DNA of 64,000 bases, from NCBI GenBank assembly GCA_012295275.1, contig CM022679.1, positions 5,766,001 through 5,830,000 of the forward strand. Reading direction: 5' to 3'. Made by a program: the position numbers and the translations under genes. Positions 25,800 through 40,089 of the stretch are shown piece by piece. Origin of the DNA: Chrysomallon squamiferum. Taxonomy: Eukaryota > Animalia > Mollusca. Within the stretch, counting starts at the first letter, position 1. Each line of letters starts with the position of its first letter. The notes beneath the pieces are model-generated. The model saw nothing but the letters and a program-made list of their open reading frames with translations. It was not told the DNA's origin and ran no database searches.

Positions 25800-26639
25800 T
25801 TCTTTATTTTTTATTATTATTATCATCATTATTTTGTTGTTAGTTTGTTTTTATTGTTTTGAGAAACATAAACAAGAATGTTAAATTGTTAACATTTTAT
25901 AAATAATTATTGTGTTCAGCTTTTACAATCAGTGTACAAAATAAATGTCTGACACTTAAAATATGTTATTATTTTATAAACAGTTGTTGTTTTAGAATGT
26001 AAGTAACTACACACCTCTCAGTCTATCACATTTTAAGTAATAGACTAAGAATGTTAATGTGTGTATGTGTGTGAAACAGGAAAAGAAATAGATATATAGC
26101 CAGACACAGACAGCTGATAGTCAGAAAACAGATAGAGAAAGTAGAGGTAAAAAGAGAAAAAAAAGAAGCACACGAGGAGAGAGAGAGAGAGAGAAAATGA
26201 GAGTATGTGTATGTAACTAGTTTTATCTACAAAATCTTGCAAGCAGTCACACTTCAAATGTGGGTCAGCAGACTTGGAACAAATTCGTGTGAGCTACTTT
26301 CCCATTGCCTCCCTCTTCCACTCTCCCCCTTTTCCCAGTCTCCCCCATCCCCCACGTTCCCCTCAGTTCTCTGAAAAGCAAATTTCTGGGTTCCCATACT
26401 TTTGAAGCATAATATTGCCTTTCAGTGGTTGTTGAAAAAAATGTAGTTGTTGATGTCAGACGGCCAGCAGTGTAGTTGTAGCATTGATTATCTTACATGA
26501 AAAGGTCACTCACTGAATGTTCTGTTTGACTAAAAATAAAATAAAGCATATTTAACAAAATAAAAAAAAATAAAAATATAAATAGGATGAAACAGAAAAT
26601 AGTGGAATCTTTTTGAAGTGGTTGGTATTTTTAAAATAA

Positions 26640-27140
26640 CTTTCTTTTTTGCTTTTTTTTTTTTTTTTTGACATCAGTTTCTTTTTCTTCTCTAAATTTT
26701 CTTTTTCTTTTTTACTTTATTATTATTCATCACTGTCTTATTTTTCATTATATTTGTCCATTTATCCATCCATCCATCCTTTGATCTATTCATCCATTTT
26801 TCTTTTTTTTTGTTCTTTCATTTTACTCTTTTTTCTTTCTCTTTCTATCATTTCCTCTCTTTCACTCTCTATCTCTTTTTTCTGTTCTGCTATTTCATTT
26901 TTATTTTTATTTTTATTTCACTCAATCTCTCTTTCTACTCACCTCTTGTATTTCTTTTTCTTATTCTCTCATTCTGTCTCTGGCTCTCATTTTCTTTGTC
27001 TTTCTCTCTTTCTCATTCATTCACACTGTACTTTACTATCTATCTCTCTTACTCTCTCTCTATCTGTCTCTCTCTCTCTTTCTCTCTCTGTCTCTACCCT
27101 TCTCACTTTCTTTCTCTAAATCTTTATCTGTTTTCTCTGA
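26640..27140. repeat. Pyrimidine-rich low-complexity tract (TC, TCCA)
   Basis: Directly visible; explains the F/L/S-rich ORFs. Confidence 0.85.
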
Positions 27141-27316
27141 AATTGCACAGTTAGCTAGAAGACCCAGAGTGGGTAATTAATGCTGTTATTTGCCAATAAG
27201 AAACCAGACATGCTGTGTTAAAATAAGTACTGAAGCCATTCCACTTTGTGGTCCAGTCTTTTGAATTAAGTCTGGCAGTTATTGGTTCAGTGTCCTATTG
27301 GCTTCATCTTGCTGTG

Positions 27317-27395
27317 CTAAAGTGGGTGACAATTTGTCCAGTGTCCAGCATGATCTAGGATCAATCCTCACTGGAGACCCATTGACCCATTGATC
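27317..27395 (+). mobile_element. SINE head fragment
   Basis: tctaggatcaatcctcactggagacccattga resembles the B-box region of the same SINE family and matches the minus-strand copy at 54.2 kb (taggatcaactcttc). Confidence 0.45.
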
Positions 27396-27403
27396 ATATA
27401 AAT

Positions 27404-27465
<62 letters not shown>

Positions 27466-27869
27466 GTTCTGGTGTGTGCTGCCATGTTTGTAAAATAGTT
27501 CACATACATGTAGGTAAAAATAATAATTAAAAAAAAATAATAATGTAATAATATTTATAAGAATTTAATTTAAAATAAATAAATAAATAAGTAAATAAAC
27601 AAATAAACAAATAAAAAAACAGTTCAGCAGCCAACACAAAAACAAAAACAGATATAAATAATTTAAATAAAATAAAATAAATAAACATTTAAACCAAAAA
27701 GAAAAAGAAGAAATAAAGTACATATATAATAAGATTTAAGTAAAAAATAAAGTGAAATATCCACTTAAACAAGTTTAAATAAATAAAGTGTATATGTTTA
27801 AAACAGATTTAAGTAAACAAAACAAAGTTTTCTTTGAAACAGAAAATAAGGTTAGAATGCACATATCAC

Positions 27870-28200
27870 AAAACACACCAGTTACTCTAGTGTACAATTA
27901 TTTTATCTAACATACAGTTACTGTAATAAAATGTATAGTTCTCTAATCAAATGTCCTGTTACTCTAAACAAATGTAAAACTACTGTAACCAAATATACAA
28001 TTACTCTAAACAAACACACTTTTCTCCAAAATCTGTGTGATTATCACAGTCATTAAATAATCATATCTGACATTCATATCCTGATGATAGAAAATTAATC
28101 AGCGTGTTAACCAAACACACAGATAGTGTAACCAAATGTAGAAATACTCTAAACAAAGGTCCAGTTACTCTGAGTACACTTACAAAATCACTTTACGACT
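27870..28200. repeat. Degenerate repeat of about 22 bp (gttactctaaacaaatgt)
   Basis: Recurrent ttactct(a/g) and aaccaaa motifs. Confidence 0.65.
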
Positions 28201-28499
28201 TCTACTTGGCTTACAAGTGTCTCTCTTACTTGGAACAAAATATAAATAAATATTGTTTATGGAGGTTGTGTTTTTCAAGTACTGTTATTTTTGTCCCTTC
28301 TGTTCTAATAGCTCTGCTTTTTGCATGTTGATCCATTAAATCAGGGTGGAAAAAGGGGAGGGCTGTATATAGTATAATCACAAAAATGTAAATATAAACA
28401 TACAGATGTATGCATGCACACATAGACACTCACAGACACACACACACACACACACACAAAGTCTTGTTACTTTGATAAATTAGGACAAAAACAGTGGAT

Positions 28500-28768
28500 A
28501 AAGTTACATAAGATGCAAGCAACTGGCACTTCACCATTCCTTCGATTACAAAAACAAATCTCTGTCATTGTTTATAGATTGTTTCTGAGTGGTTATTTCT
28601 TTTCTACAGACCTAGTCACAGACATCACTGCAACAGAAAAACAAGAAGAGAGTTACAAGTGCTCCATTCAGTGCTTAAAATAACTTCTTTACAGTAATTT
28701 GAAAATCTGATGTTTATAGATTGTTTTAAGTAATTATTTACTGATTGTAAAAACCATCCTTTCAGTAA

Positions 28769-28840
<72 letters not shown>

Positions 28841-29700
28841 AAAATAATAATAATAAAAAAAATAAACTGTTTTTTGAAACAAATATATAATCTGTCATTA
28901 TTTATAGATTTTAAATTTTTTTAATTTTTTTAATTTTTTACCCCCACTGGTAAATCAGTAAAATGCTGATTATAGAAAGTGTGAGAGATGAATGTAAACC
29001 AAGCTTAAAGAATAACCATCCTTTAAATTAAAATATTTGATCATCATTATTTATCTGTTACTGTTTATGGACTGCTTTTAAGCATTGCTATTTTTACTAC
29101 ACAAGTAGAAGGCAGACACTTACTTTGTATATCAGGAAAGAGAAGGGGGAAATATGAGAAAGTGAAAACAGCCAACACTTAAAGAATAACCATCCTTTAA
29201 ATTAAAAATATTATTTATAGATAGTTTTTAAGCACTTATTTCATATATATATGTTTATATACAGCTGTACACCTACTTCATATACATTAGAAAAATGGGA
29301 AAGTTGAGAAAGTGCAAATGGTTAGCACTTAAAGAATAACCATCCTTTAAATTAAAAACATTTATCAATTACTTTTTATAGATTGTTTTTAAGCACAGGG
29401 TTTCTTTCTGTACAGTCACGTATTTCATTATATTAGTATTGAAAAGGGAGAAGGGAAAATTAGATAAATTGCAAATGGTCAATACTTAAAGAATAACCAT
29501 CCTGTCAGTTAAAAACATTTTTATTTATAGTGTTGTGTTTTTCCTACTCAGGTAGTCGCACACTTTTACTGCAGAGGAAAGGGGGAGTGTAAACAGCTAG
29601 CACTTAGGGATTAATCATCCTTTAAATTGAAAATGTTTCTGTTTTTACTGTTTTTTAAAACACACAGGAAGAAAAAAAGGGAGTAAATACTAAGTAAGGT
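28500..29700. repeat. Diverged tandem array, about 120-175 bp units, anchor cttaaagaataaccatcctttaaattaaaa
   Basis: Anchor near 29004, 29178, 29328, 29484 and 29603, with weaker copies upstream; a (TA)n tract is embedded at 28772-28837. Confidence 0.88.
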
Positions 29701-29844
29701 CTTCTTAGCATTAAGATAAAAACAAAAATATAACATAGCTATTACAGTTTATAGAAATTATTATTATTTTTATTTTTTGAGTTTTACTTACTGTTTATAG
29801 AATTTTAAACAGTCTTATTTTATTCTGTTTATTTTTGTTTTCAG

Positions 29845-30271
29845 TTCCTCGCAGACATCATAAATCAGGACAGAACCGGAGTGAGGGAGAGAGGTGAGCA
29901 AGGTGCAGACACAGTGAGAAAGATAACCAGATTGGAGTCTGAAAGACAATTGAGTCTGGGAACCGAGAGATTGCTGGTTTCTCCCAAAGCCTTCAGTGGG
30001 TCATAGAGTTTCTAAGTGGTTACATCTGTCTTTCTCCGCTCTCAGGAATTTTACTGGGTCATACACTGCAACCTGTAGACCTGTACTAGTCTGGATGTCT
30101 GTGGAACAGAACAAGTATGATCATCCACAGTTAAGTAAGTCTGGGATCTGTGTTCTGCGTGGTGTTTGTGCAGTAAAATATTGAACAACAAGGAAGGACT
30201 GAGTAGTACACACGAGAGTGTTTATGTGGATGTCTGATTGCAGGAGTCTCTACAGCTGGAGAGTTGTCAAG
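29845..30271 (+). other. Candidate plus-strand exon (GC-richer island); coding status unresolved
   Basis: Strong acceptor tttatttttgttttcag at 29844; abrupt rise in GC; possible donors at 29894 (gtgagc), 30135 (gtaagt) and 30272 (gtattt). The phase-0 frame reads FLADIINQDRTGVRERGEQGADTVRKITRLESERQLSLGTERLLVSPKAFSGS*. Confidence 0.5.
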
Positions 30272-31940
30272 GTATTTATGTTTGGTTTTTTATATTAATT
30301 ACTCCAGTAAGAAATGTTTGTGTTTGACATACTGTTATTTATGGTTCTTGTTTTTCAAAATGTTATTGTTGTTGATGTTGCTATTACTGTTGTTGTTATT
30401 ATTGTTTTTTTTATTTGTACTATTACTACTTCTACTACTACTTTTACCACTACTAATTTTATTATTATTATTACAAACATTTTTATTAATTACTAATCAG
30501 AACAACAGTCTGTACAACTGACAGTCAAACATGGAAGTTTTGTTTTTCTTAATATCCTGTCTGTCTCATGGGAGACCAATAACTATTTTAATTTTAATTT
30601 TATTTTTAATTTTATTTGTTTATTTTTTATTATTATTATTATTATTTTTTTTTTTTTTTTTATTAAGGTTGCCTGTTATAACTAATTATTATATTTAGTA
30701 TTCTTATTCCTGACATTGTTAAATATGAATTTCTTTTTTTATTATTTTGTTTTTAATTAATCTTTTGTTATTATTATTATTGTTACTATTATTATTATTA
30801 TTATTATTGTTATTTTTATTATTGTCATTACTGTTATAGTTACTGTTCTTGTTATTATTATTATTATTACTACTACTGTTTTTATTCATTATGCTATTTT
30901 TTATACTAACACTACTATTGTTATTACTACTATTATCTTACTACTATTACTATTACTTGTATCTTACTACTATTACTATTACTTGTCTACAATTTATACT
31001 ATTACTGCTACTATTATTACTTCTGTTTTCTTACTATGACCACTATATCTAGTATTAACACAATAATAATGATTATTTTTATTATTATTTTAAAGACCTA
31101 ATTACAATGTCTATTTCTAGTCATTAATCACAAATGAAAAATGGTCTGACATTTTTTTTACCTTTGCTGTTGTTATTTTATAACACAACCCAATACATCA
31201 TTTCAAAAATCAATCTTGAATTGTTTTCCTTTTTTTATTGCTTTAAAAAAAATAAAATTAAAAGAAAAAGAAAAATGTAATTTTATATTCACTGTTATTG
31301 TTATTTTTTAATTTGAAATATTTGTTTTTTGATTTGTATTCTTAAAAAAATTGATAATTATATAGAAGAAAAACAATTGGGGGGGGGACAAAAAGACATT
31401 TTAAGTAAATTATTAGTTACTTTTTCACTAACGTTTCTTTTTCTTTTTGATCTAGATAAATAAGAAATATTTATAGAACTCTATAATTTTTATTTTTGTT
31501 CTTAAATGTAGAGCAATCAATATATTTTAAGGATTGGCCAAGCAATTGGGTTTTTTTTCATTTGAAATATCAATAATATTAATGAGTAGATTATGAATTA
31601 AATTCTTTTCCATTTGAACAATTAAGATTTATATTTTCTATATTTATTTTCATAATGCTTCTCTTAAACATAATCTTTATTACTGGGGGAAACATTGTCT
31701 AGAAATGTAGATCACTGTATGTAGATTAAAAACTAGTAAGCTATTTTTAGCTGGTTTCATCAGCTATACAATCCAGTGATTAATTAACAAAAGTGTTTAC
31801 AAAAGGTTCAAGCATGCAAATAGTGGGCAAGTTCTTTATTAACAATTGAAAATGTAAAACCACATTATATTTTTAGATTATTCCATTGCTGATTAAATAC
31901 AATGGTTGGTGTTAGTGTGTATGTGTATGATTGTGTGTGT

Positions 31941-31996
<56 letters not shown>

Positions 31997-32394
31997 CTGA
32001 GTTTTTGTGTCTGTCTATATGAGTAGTTGTGTGTATCTGTTTATATATGTGTATGTGTGTGTGGCTTTATAAGTATGTGTTATTGTCTGTCTTTGAATAT
32101 GTGTGTATGTATATGTGTGCGTGATTGTGTATATGTATGTGTATTTTATTTATGTGTATATGTGTGTATTTGTATGTTTATTTGTGTGTCTGTGTGTGGG
32201 GGTGTGTGCATGAATGGATATATAACTGTATAATGTTGTCTTAAAGACTTATTAATTCAAGCACATATAGACTGGGGTTTGACATGGAATTTGAACAAAA
32301 AATTGAAAAACAAGAAACAAAACCCTCAGCTTTTTTGTTTACTATTTGTTAGTATTCACTTAAAATCTGTCACAATCACAAACCCACTTTAAAA

Positions 32395-32590
32395 ACGGGC
32401 AGCCACGTAGATGTTTTTTAATCACTCAGTGGAAAATCTGATTGTTACTTTGACATTCTTGTCTGCCTTCATAAATGACAGAGAGAAAAGGAAATGTATG
32501 GTTTCACGGTTGAGTGACTTCGCTTAGTGCACGCCATCATTACACAATAACACCGAAACAATGACGCAGGTGAGATGACACAAACTCGTT
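32395..32590. promoter_or_regulatory. CpG-retaining patch, possible enhancer or promoter
   Basis: 8 CpGs in about 195 bp in an otherwise CpG-poor window; contains TGACGCA (CRE-like), CAGGTG (E-box) and a CAG|gtgaga donor. Confidence 0.35.
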
Positions 32591-34073
32591 ATTAAATGGA
32601 TTCAGGAATGCATTTGCTTTATAGATCAAAGTTTACATTTGTTTTTGTCTCATCCTGGAAAGTTTTCTGCTTTCTGAATGTTTTTATGGTTGTTGTGGGT
32701 TTTTTTTTGTTTATTGCATCCAGTTTTAATGAACTGAATGTTAATAGTGAAAAATTTAAATGCTCTTGTTGCTACTTTTGCAATTAATACTGATGCTACT
32801 GCTATTACTAATGTTACTATTATTTATTATGGTTGTTATTGTTATTGTTATTGTTACTATTCATTATTATCGTTATTGTTATTAATTTGTTTTATTTTCT
32901 TATTATTTTATTACTGTTATTGTTATTATTATTATTATTACTGCTGTTTATTACTGTTATTACAATTTATTATTGTTATTTTTATTTTCTAGCATTTCAC
33001 TATCTGTGGATCTAAACTGAGAATTTATTTTCTAAAATAAGTTGTAATAATTCAGTTTTAGAGATTTTTTTCACTTAATGATCCCCAGTGTTCTGGCATA
33101 CTTCAATCATTACAGTAATACGTTCATTGGACACACTTAAGAGCTGGAATTGCCAAAAAAAACTGACAGGTTCAAGAAAATTTTAAGTTATCTTTGACAG
33201 TAAGAGAATCAATATTTAATAACGTTGTTGCTTCTTTCCCACAGGGGGGGGGGAGAGAGAGAGAGAGAAAGAAGAATGAAATAGAAGGTAATATATATAG
33301 AAAACAAATATAGGTGACAAGAAAGAGAGAGCAAAAGAAAGAATAAAAGAGGAAAAAGAGAAAATGGAGGAAAATATAGAAAGAGAAAAAAGAAAAAGAA
33401 ATGAAGAGCAGGAAAAAAAAAATGGAAAGGAGAAACATTTAAAAAAATATTTAACAGCACAAATTTAAAAATGAATATTCATTTTGAAAAAGATATCTAA
33501 CACAAATACATTTTCAATCTTTTTTCTTTCATTTATTTATTTAATTTTAATTCTTTTTTTTTTTTTTTTTTTTAACAGTAATAAAAATTCAATTACTGTG
33601 TGAATGTTCAAGGCCCTGCAAATCAACAAAGTATATTGATTTAATTTGCCTCTTATGACATTTTCTTATTTTCAAGCTTTAGCATTGATTTACTACAGAT
33701 TAGTTTGCAGTGCAAGCATTACATAGAATAATAACAATAATAATAATTGTTGTTACAGAAAATCAAAGCTAAGATTTTGTCATTCCAGTTATCTAGGAAG
33801 GTGAAATATTCGACTATTTCAGTTAGTTTGGAAATATATATATATATATATTTATTTATATATATTTATTTTTAGTTTCGTGGTTCAAAAGGATATATGG
33901 TAGCTTCAGAGTTTGTGATTTGTAGAAAGGTTGGTAGGTACAGTGTTTTGTTTCTTCTATAAATGTTCAACATGTAATTCTTTGTAACATATTAATCACT
34001 AAAGTAAGCTAAGTAAATTTAGTCTATTTTTATTCGTTGCTGTTATTGTTATTAATACTGTTGTTGTCATTAC

Positions 34074-34115
<42 letters not shown>

Positions 34116-34884
34116 CTGTTGTTGCTTTTGTTTTTAATCACCTTCATTATAATCATCATTGATATTTCTGTATTGTATAATTATTGTGTAATGTTGCATT
34201 CATCAGATGTAAAATCTATATTTTTGTATTTGGTAACACCTACTGTACATGTTCTGTAATTTTCATTGCAGTGTATTCCGTATCAACAATTATTACATTT
34301 GTAACATATATATTATTGTTGTTATGTTAAACATTATAGGTTCAGATAAAAAAAAAAAACCCACCAGATTACATAATAATCATATCATAATTCATTTACA
34401 CAGATACATGAATAGTTTTAATATGACAGTATACTAACCAACCCCTTCAAATCCTTTTCCACATACTCCCCCACACACACACACACACACAAACACATAC
34501 ATATACACATGTGCATACATACGCTTATTTATTTTAGAGCCAGGTTAACCAAGTTCAGATGTCTATAGAAACAATTTTACAATTTCACTTTCGTCACAGC
34601 TGTATCACAACTGTTGTTTAACTCTTGAAGGTCAAGGCTGATAATATGTCACAGGTGAAACCGATTTTTAATTGTATAGATGAAGGATTGTGGGTGTCAA
34701 CATATAAGTTAAATGTAATTTATTTTAGCTTGTTGATTTTTTATTTTTTTTATTTCTTAATACAAGTAATCATTCATTCATTCATTCAGTCCATCCATCT
34801 AATCCATCCATCCATCCATCCATCCATCCATCCATTCATTCATTCATTCCATTCATTCATTCACAGATCATGATTCTTAGAGTT

Positions 34885-35030
34885 TGTTTCCGGTCAGTGT
34901 CAAACAGCTAATTTATCAAAGTTTGTTCTATGAATTCTTCTGTCTATGGGATGGTGCCTATAAAAAATCACTTTCTGCTAACAAAAAGGTGGAGCCCATT
35001 ATGTGCTGGCTGTGGATTTCTTCTCCCTTT
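34885..35030 (+). mobile_element. SINE core fragment, best-preserved Meta/MESC-like copy
   Basis: ctgtctatgggatggtgcctataaaaaatcactttctgctaacaaaaaggtggagcccatt...ggctgtggatttcttctc. Confidence 0.7.
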
Positions 35031-35558
35031 ATTGGTATGTTTCTTAACTGTATGCATGATGTTATAAAACTGTAGATTAAAAATGTGATATTTGTGTTAT
35101 TAAGTTAAAGATTTTAATTATAATTTTTTTTCAGAATTTTAAGGATTCATTTACAGGAAAAAAAAATAAAAAATATATATATATATATAAACCTAAATTA
35201 ATAAAATAATAATAATAATAATAATAATAAAAATTATATGTGTGTTTGCTTGTGTGTGTGTGTGTATATATTTAAAAAGAAAGAAAAAAAATGACACCTT
35301 AACTTTAGTTATAAAACTTTTTTGTTTTTTAATTACACCGAATTTGAAAGGTTGTTTTGTTGTGACATCTGTTGTTATCATTACCGTCTGTAAAGATTAT
35401 TTGTCAATGTCAAATTTTTTGCATATATATATTTTTTTTGTATTTTTAAATGTTGCCATATTGCCAGCTGTGTCAGTCTTTCAGCCATTAAAACTGATAT
35501 GTTAATACCAGTGTTATTTACAGCTTAAAAAAAAACATAAATCCTTTTTACACAAATA

Positions 35559-35598
<40 letters not shown>

Positions 35599-35700
35599 AA
35601 GTATGTATGTATGTACTTATTATGTATATGTTGCATTTGTATGTAACATTTGTAAGTATGCATGTGTGTGTGTGTATTATGTATATATGTTTATGTATCA

Positions 35701-35738
<38 letters not shown>

Positions 35739-37014
35739 GTATATATGTTTATGTATCATTTGTAAGTATGCATGTTTGTATGTCTGTGTATATGTGTGTG
35801 TGTAGAAAACTAATAACTAATGAGTACATTTTTCGTGGCTTATGTAAATGACAGTATGTAGAGTTTAATCCAGACAGCAGTGTTTGACAGACTAATTATT
35901 TTAAAAGTGAGTGTTTTGTGTGGGTGTACTGCTGCAATAATGAGATAATTGTAATCTTTGACATCTCTTTTATCTCCACATTACTCTCTCTGAGGTTTTT
36001 TTCTCTCTCTATTTCCTTGTTGTTTCTCCATTTTCAGCTATATCTTCATCCCTCACTTGTTTCTGTGTTTTTTGTGTGTGTCTCTGTGTGTACATCCAGA
36101 CACATTTACATGGCTGATTTGTTCTCTGTGTCTGGGACAGAGAGCGAGATGAGAGGCTAGGAATGATAGAAAAAGATAAAAGATTGAGGTACAAAAACTG
36201 AAAGAGAGAAAGAAAGAGAGAGAAAGAGAGAAAGACATATGCACAGTGAGTGAAAGAAACATAAACATATACAAAAATATTTTTAAAAAATTTTTTTTTT
36301 TTTTTTTTTTTTTTATCTTTGCTCATTATTGTTTAGATCTAATTTTTTATTTATATATCCTTTGATTTTTTTATTTTTTTTTTATTTTACTTTCTTTCAA
36401 ATTACAACCCTGAGGAAATAGAAATACAGTGTAATCATCATACATTCCTTGGTTCTCCTACTTCTACTTAAATAAAATTAACATCAACACTGTTACACTG
36501 GTATCTGTCTGTCTGTCTGTCTGTGACACCTACGTGTGTAAAAAAAAAAAACCTGATTAAACAATAGCCCTGCTGTATAAACAAACCTTTCTTTGCAATC
36601 CTCTTCATTGCGATCCTTCCGCCCATGTTATTGATCTGCAAGATCCAGTTCTCTGGTTGTGATAATGAAATATGATTTCATGTTTTGTTTGATTGTTGGT
36701 TCTTTTGATGTTTCCTTGTTTACTTCAGCTAAACTGGGAATGATAACGGTATCGATTAAACACTGCACTTTGACTGGATTTCAACTCAGAACAACTGGGT
36801 GAAAGTAATTTGTAAATAATTATATTATTAATTATATTAATACTTATTATTGTTATTATTATCACTATTATTTTAATGTGAATGTGATTTGTGTACACAG
36901 AACCAAACACACACACATAAAATAATAATCATTGTTATGATGACAATGATTTTTATTATTTGAAAGTGAATACTATGTATTGGAAAATAAAAGAAGTTTA
37001 GTGTGATTTCATCC

Positions 37015-37048
<34 letters not shown>

Positions 37049-37152
37049 TGTGTGTGTGTGCATGTTTGCACAGTGTATATGTTTTTTTTTTTCTACATAG
37101 ACAAATAAATTCAATAACAGATTTACCAATACAAATTTTATAATATTTCCAA

Positions 37153-37154
<2 letters not shown>

Positions 37155-37228
<74 letters not shown>

Positions 37229-37345
37229 CCTTTCTGAATATCTCTGTCTTTCATCCTCTTTGTTTCTCTGTCTGTTTCTTTCCATCTTTTTCACTTTATC
37301 TTTTTCTCTTACCCTATATATATATATATATATCTATATATATAT

Positions 37346-37424
<79 letters not shown>

Positions 37425-37470
37425 CATATATATATATATATATATACATACATATATATATATATATATA
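37155..37470. repeat. (CT)n and long interrupted (TA)n microsatellites
   Basis: Directly visible. Confidence 0.97.
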
Positions 37471-37839
37471 TCCCTTTCTCTACATCTCTCTTTCTTTCTC
37501 CCCTTCCTTCTCCCTGCCTGTCTCTCTAACTTTTACAAGTTTTTAAGAATGCACATCATGTAACATTCAGCTGTACTCTGGTGTGAGATAAGAAGCACAC
37601 ATTAAGCCTGAAGTGCTTTTAATGACACTACAAATCATGTCACAGTCTATAAAGTGCCACGTAATTTACATGTATTTATTAGCTGATGTCAGTAAAACAT
37701 TTTAATGCACCAGTGACATATCTGGACTCAGTTGTAACTGTGTTACACAAGCAGAGTTATGCCTGGTCACACTTTCACAGAAATGCCAGGAGATACATGA
37801 CAGGCCTTGTGTGGTCAGCTTTATGATGGCTGGACGTTA

Positions 37840-37895
37840 ATGACCACTGGTAGCTCTTCAACTGCTGTGCTGAAGAATGAGAATCAGACTCGGAG
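37840..37895 (+). CDS. Weak candidate first coding exon MTTGSSSTAVLKNENQTR(R/S), phase 2
   Basis: ATG at 37840 after an in-frame stop; AG|gttgtt (weak donor) followed by a long pyrimidine tract. Confidence 0.2.
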
Positions 37896-38548
37896 GTTGT
37901 TAATTGTTTTCCTTTTTACTGTTTCTCTTTCATTCTTTTCTTTTTCTTTCTTTCAGTTTTTCTCTTCCATTTCTTCTAATAATGTTTATTATTTCTTTTT
38001 TCTTTGTCTTTTCTATTTTCATTCTTTTTTGGTTTTCTTTCATTTTTCTGAATTTTCTATTTCTTTTCTTTTCTTTTTTTTTCTGTTTTCTGGGTTTCTT
38101 TCCATCTTTCTATTTTTTTCTTGTTTCATTCCTTCTTTTCTTTCTTTCACTTCTTCTTTCCTTCCTTCCTTCCTTCCTCTATATATCTGACATGCAACTG
38201 TACATTGGCTTAAACAAGTGAAAGTTATTAAATGTTTAATTCTGTGACAGCTCACACTATGTAACACATAAATAAATTATTGTCTAAATTTTGTATATTA
38301 AAACTCAACATTAATCTTTTATTACCATAAAAATCTTTTAGCAGACAGTTACAACTTTTAAACTTCTACAACATCTCTTCCATTGACTTCTCCTTCTTTC
38401 TTTCATCTCTTTTTTACCCATATTTTCTTTCTTCTTTCTCTCAATTCACTGATGAGACGTGTCAATTATCTGAATTCATCATTCCTAAGTTTACGACAGA
38501 AATGGGCTGAAGTCTTCGGTTCTTGATTCCAGTTGTTTGTTTTCTCAG

Positions 38549-38627
38549 TTCAGTCAGAAAAAGTCACTACCCTACTGATGTAGAACAAGTGAAATTACTG
38601 AGGGTGTTGATTATAGATGTAAATGAG
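38549..38627 (+). CDS. Weak candidate internal exon SVRKSHYPTDVEQVKLLRVLIIDVNE, phase 2 to 0
   Basis: ttgtttgttttctcag acceptor; 26 open codons; GAG|gtacag (weak donor). Confidence 0.22.
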
Positions 38628-38734
38628 GTACAGAAATAACCAGGAAATCGGTGTGGGAGTAATAAGTCAATGATTGAATGCACGTCTTTCTTCGGTCCAT
38701 TTACACTGATGTCTGATTCATCAGACAATTGTAA

Positions 38735-39200
38735 TACCTTATATTGTATTGTGTTACACCACTGTATTGTGTACTGTAACATCTATTGTTTTCTGTAACA
38801 GTCACCGAGTTATATTTTGTAAAACATACTAATTGTAATGTGTAACATTCATGTTATTGTATTTTGTAACACATTTAGTAACTGCATTCTGTAACATTCA
38901 TTATTTTTTTGATACATATAGTGATATATATTTTAATATCATTGTATTGTATTCTGTTACATACATTGTTTTGTATTTTGTAACTCACATTCAATTGTAT
39001 TTCAGTTACATTTAGTTTGTAGCAGCTGTTATACTACAGTTATCAAATTGTATACACACTGTGTACAATATTCAGTTACACACATTGTATTGTATAAGGC
39101 TACAGTCATTTTTTATAGTACTGAGTTATACTTAAACAGCTATTGTACACAATATTCTGTAATATACATTGCTCTGTATTTCATACCAATTATTGTTACT
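38735..39200. repeat. Degenerate (tgtattgtattctgtaacaca)-like repeat
   Basis: Recurrent attgtatt and tgtaaca motifs. Confidence 0.6.
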
Positions 39201-39289
39201 GAAATTTGTTTTTCTTCATATTTGTCACTGCATGTATACAATATTTTGTATTTTCCATTTTTTATATTTTATAACAGTTACTAAATTTT

Positions 39290-39579
39290 TGTTGTTTTTA
39301 TTTATTTATTTATTTATTTATTTATTATTATTATTTTTATTGTTGTTATTTTTATTACTATTTATTATTATAATTATTATTACTTTTATTATTTATTATT
39401 GTTGTTATTTTTTATTATTATTTATCATTATTGTTATTTTTTATTATTTTTGTTGCTATTATTATTATTTATTGTTGTTTTTTATTATTTATTGTTTTTT
39501 TATTATTATAATTGTTATTATTACTATTATTATTATTATTATTATTACCATTATTTTTATTATTATTATTATGATTATG

Positions 39580-39610
<31 letters not shown>

Positions 39611-39882
39611 TTTTATTATTATTATGATTATTATTATTATTATTATTATTACTATTATTTTTATTATTATTATATATTATTATTATTACTATTATTTTTA
39701 TTATTATTATTATCATTATTATTATTATTACTATTATTTTTATTATTATTATTATGATTAGTATTATTTATTGTTATTTTTTATTATGATTATTATTATT
39801 TTTACTATTATTGTTCTTGTTTTATTATTATTATTACTATTATTGTTCTTGTTATTATTACTATTATTACTATTATTGTTGT
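39290..39882. repeat. Long imperfect (ATT)n microsatellite
   Basis: Directly visible; source of the poly-I/Y/L ORFs. Confidence 0.97.
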
Positions 39883-40089
39883 TAGTATCTGCATACACTG
39901 TTAATACTTCTGTACAGTTGTGTGTATTGACTATTTCTGCCAGTGACAGGTGTCTCGCTGGTTTGTGTGAAACATACCCACACAGAGCACTTCCACATTG
40001 GGCCATCTTGTATTGATTACCTACAGAATACATGTCTTACCTTGTTCTCTGGTAGCTTACATCAGTAGACATCTTTACATATGTAAGTA

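Noticed and set aside
28990-29640. CRISPR-like array (conserved anchor of about 30 bp with longer intervening sequence)
   Set aside because: The intervening segments are over 100 bp and homologous to one another, so this is a diverged tandem repeat.
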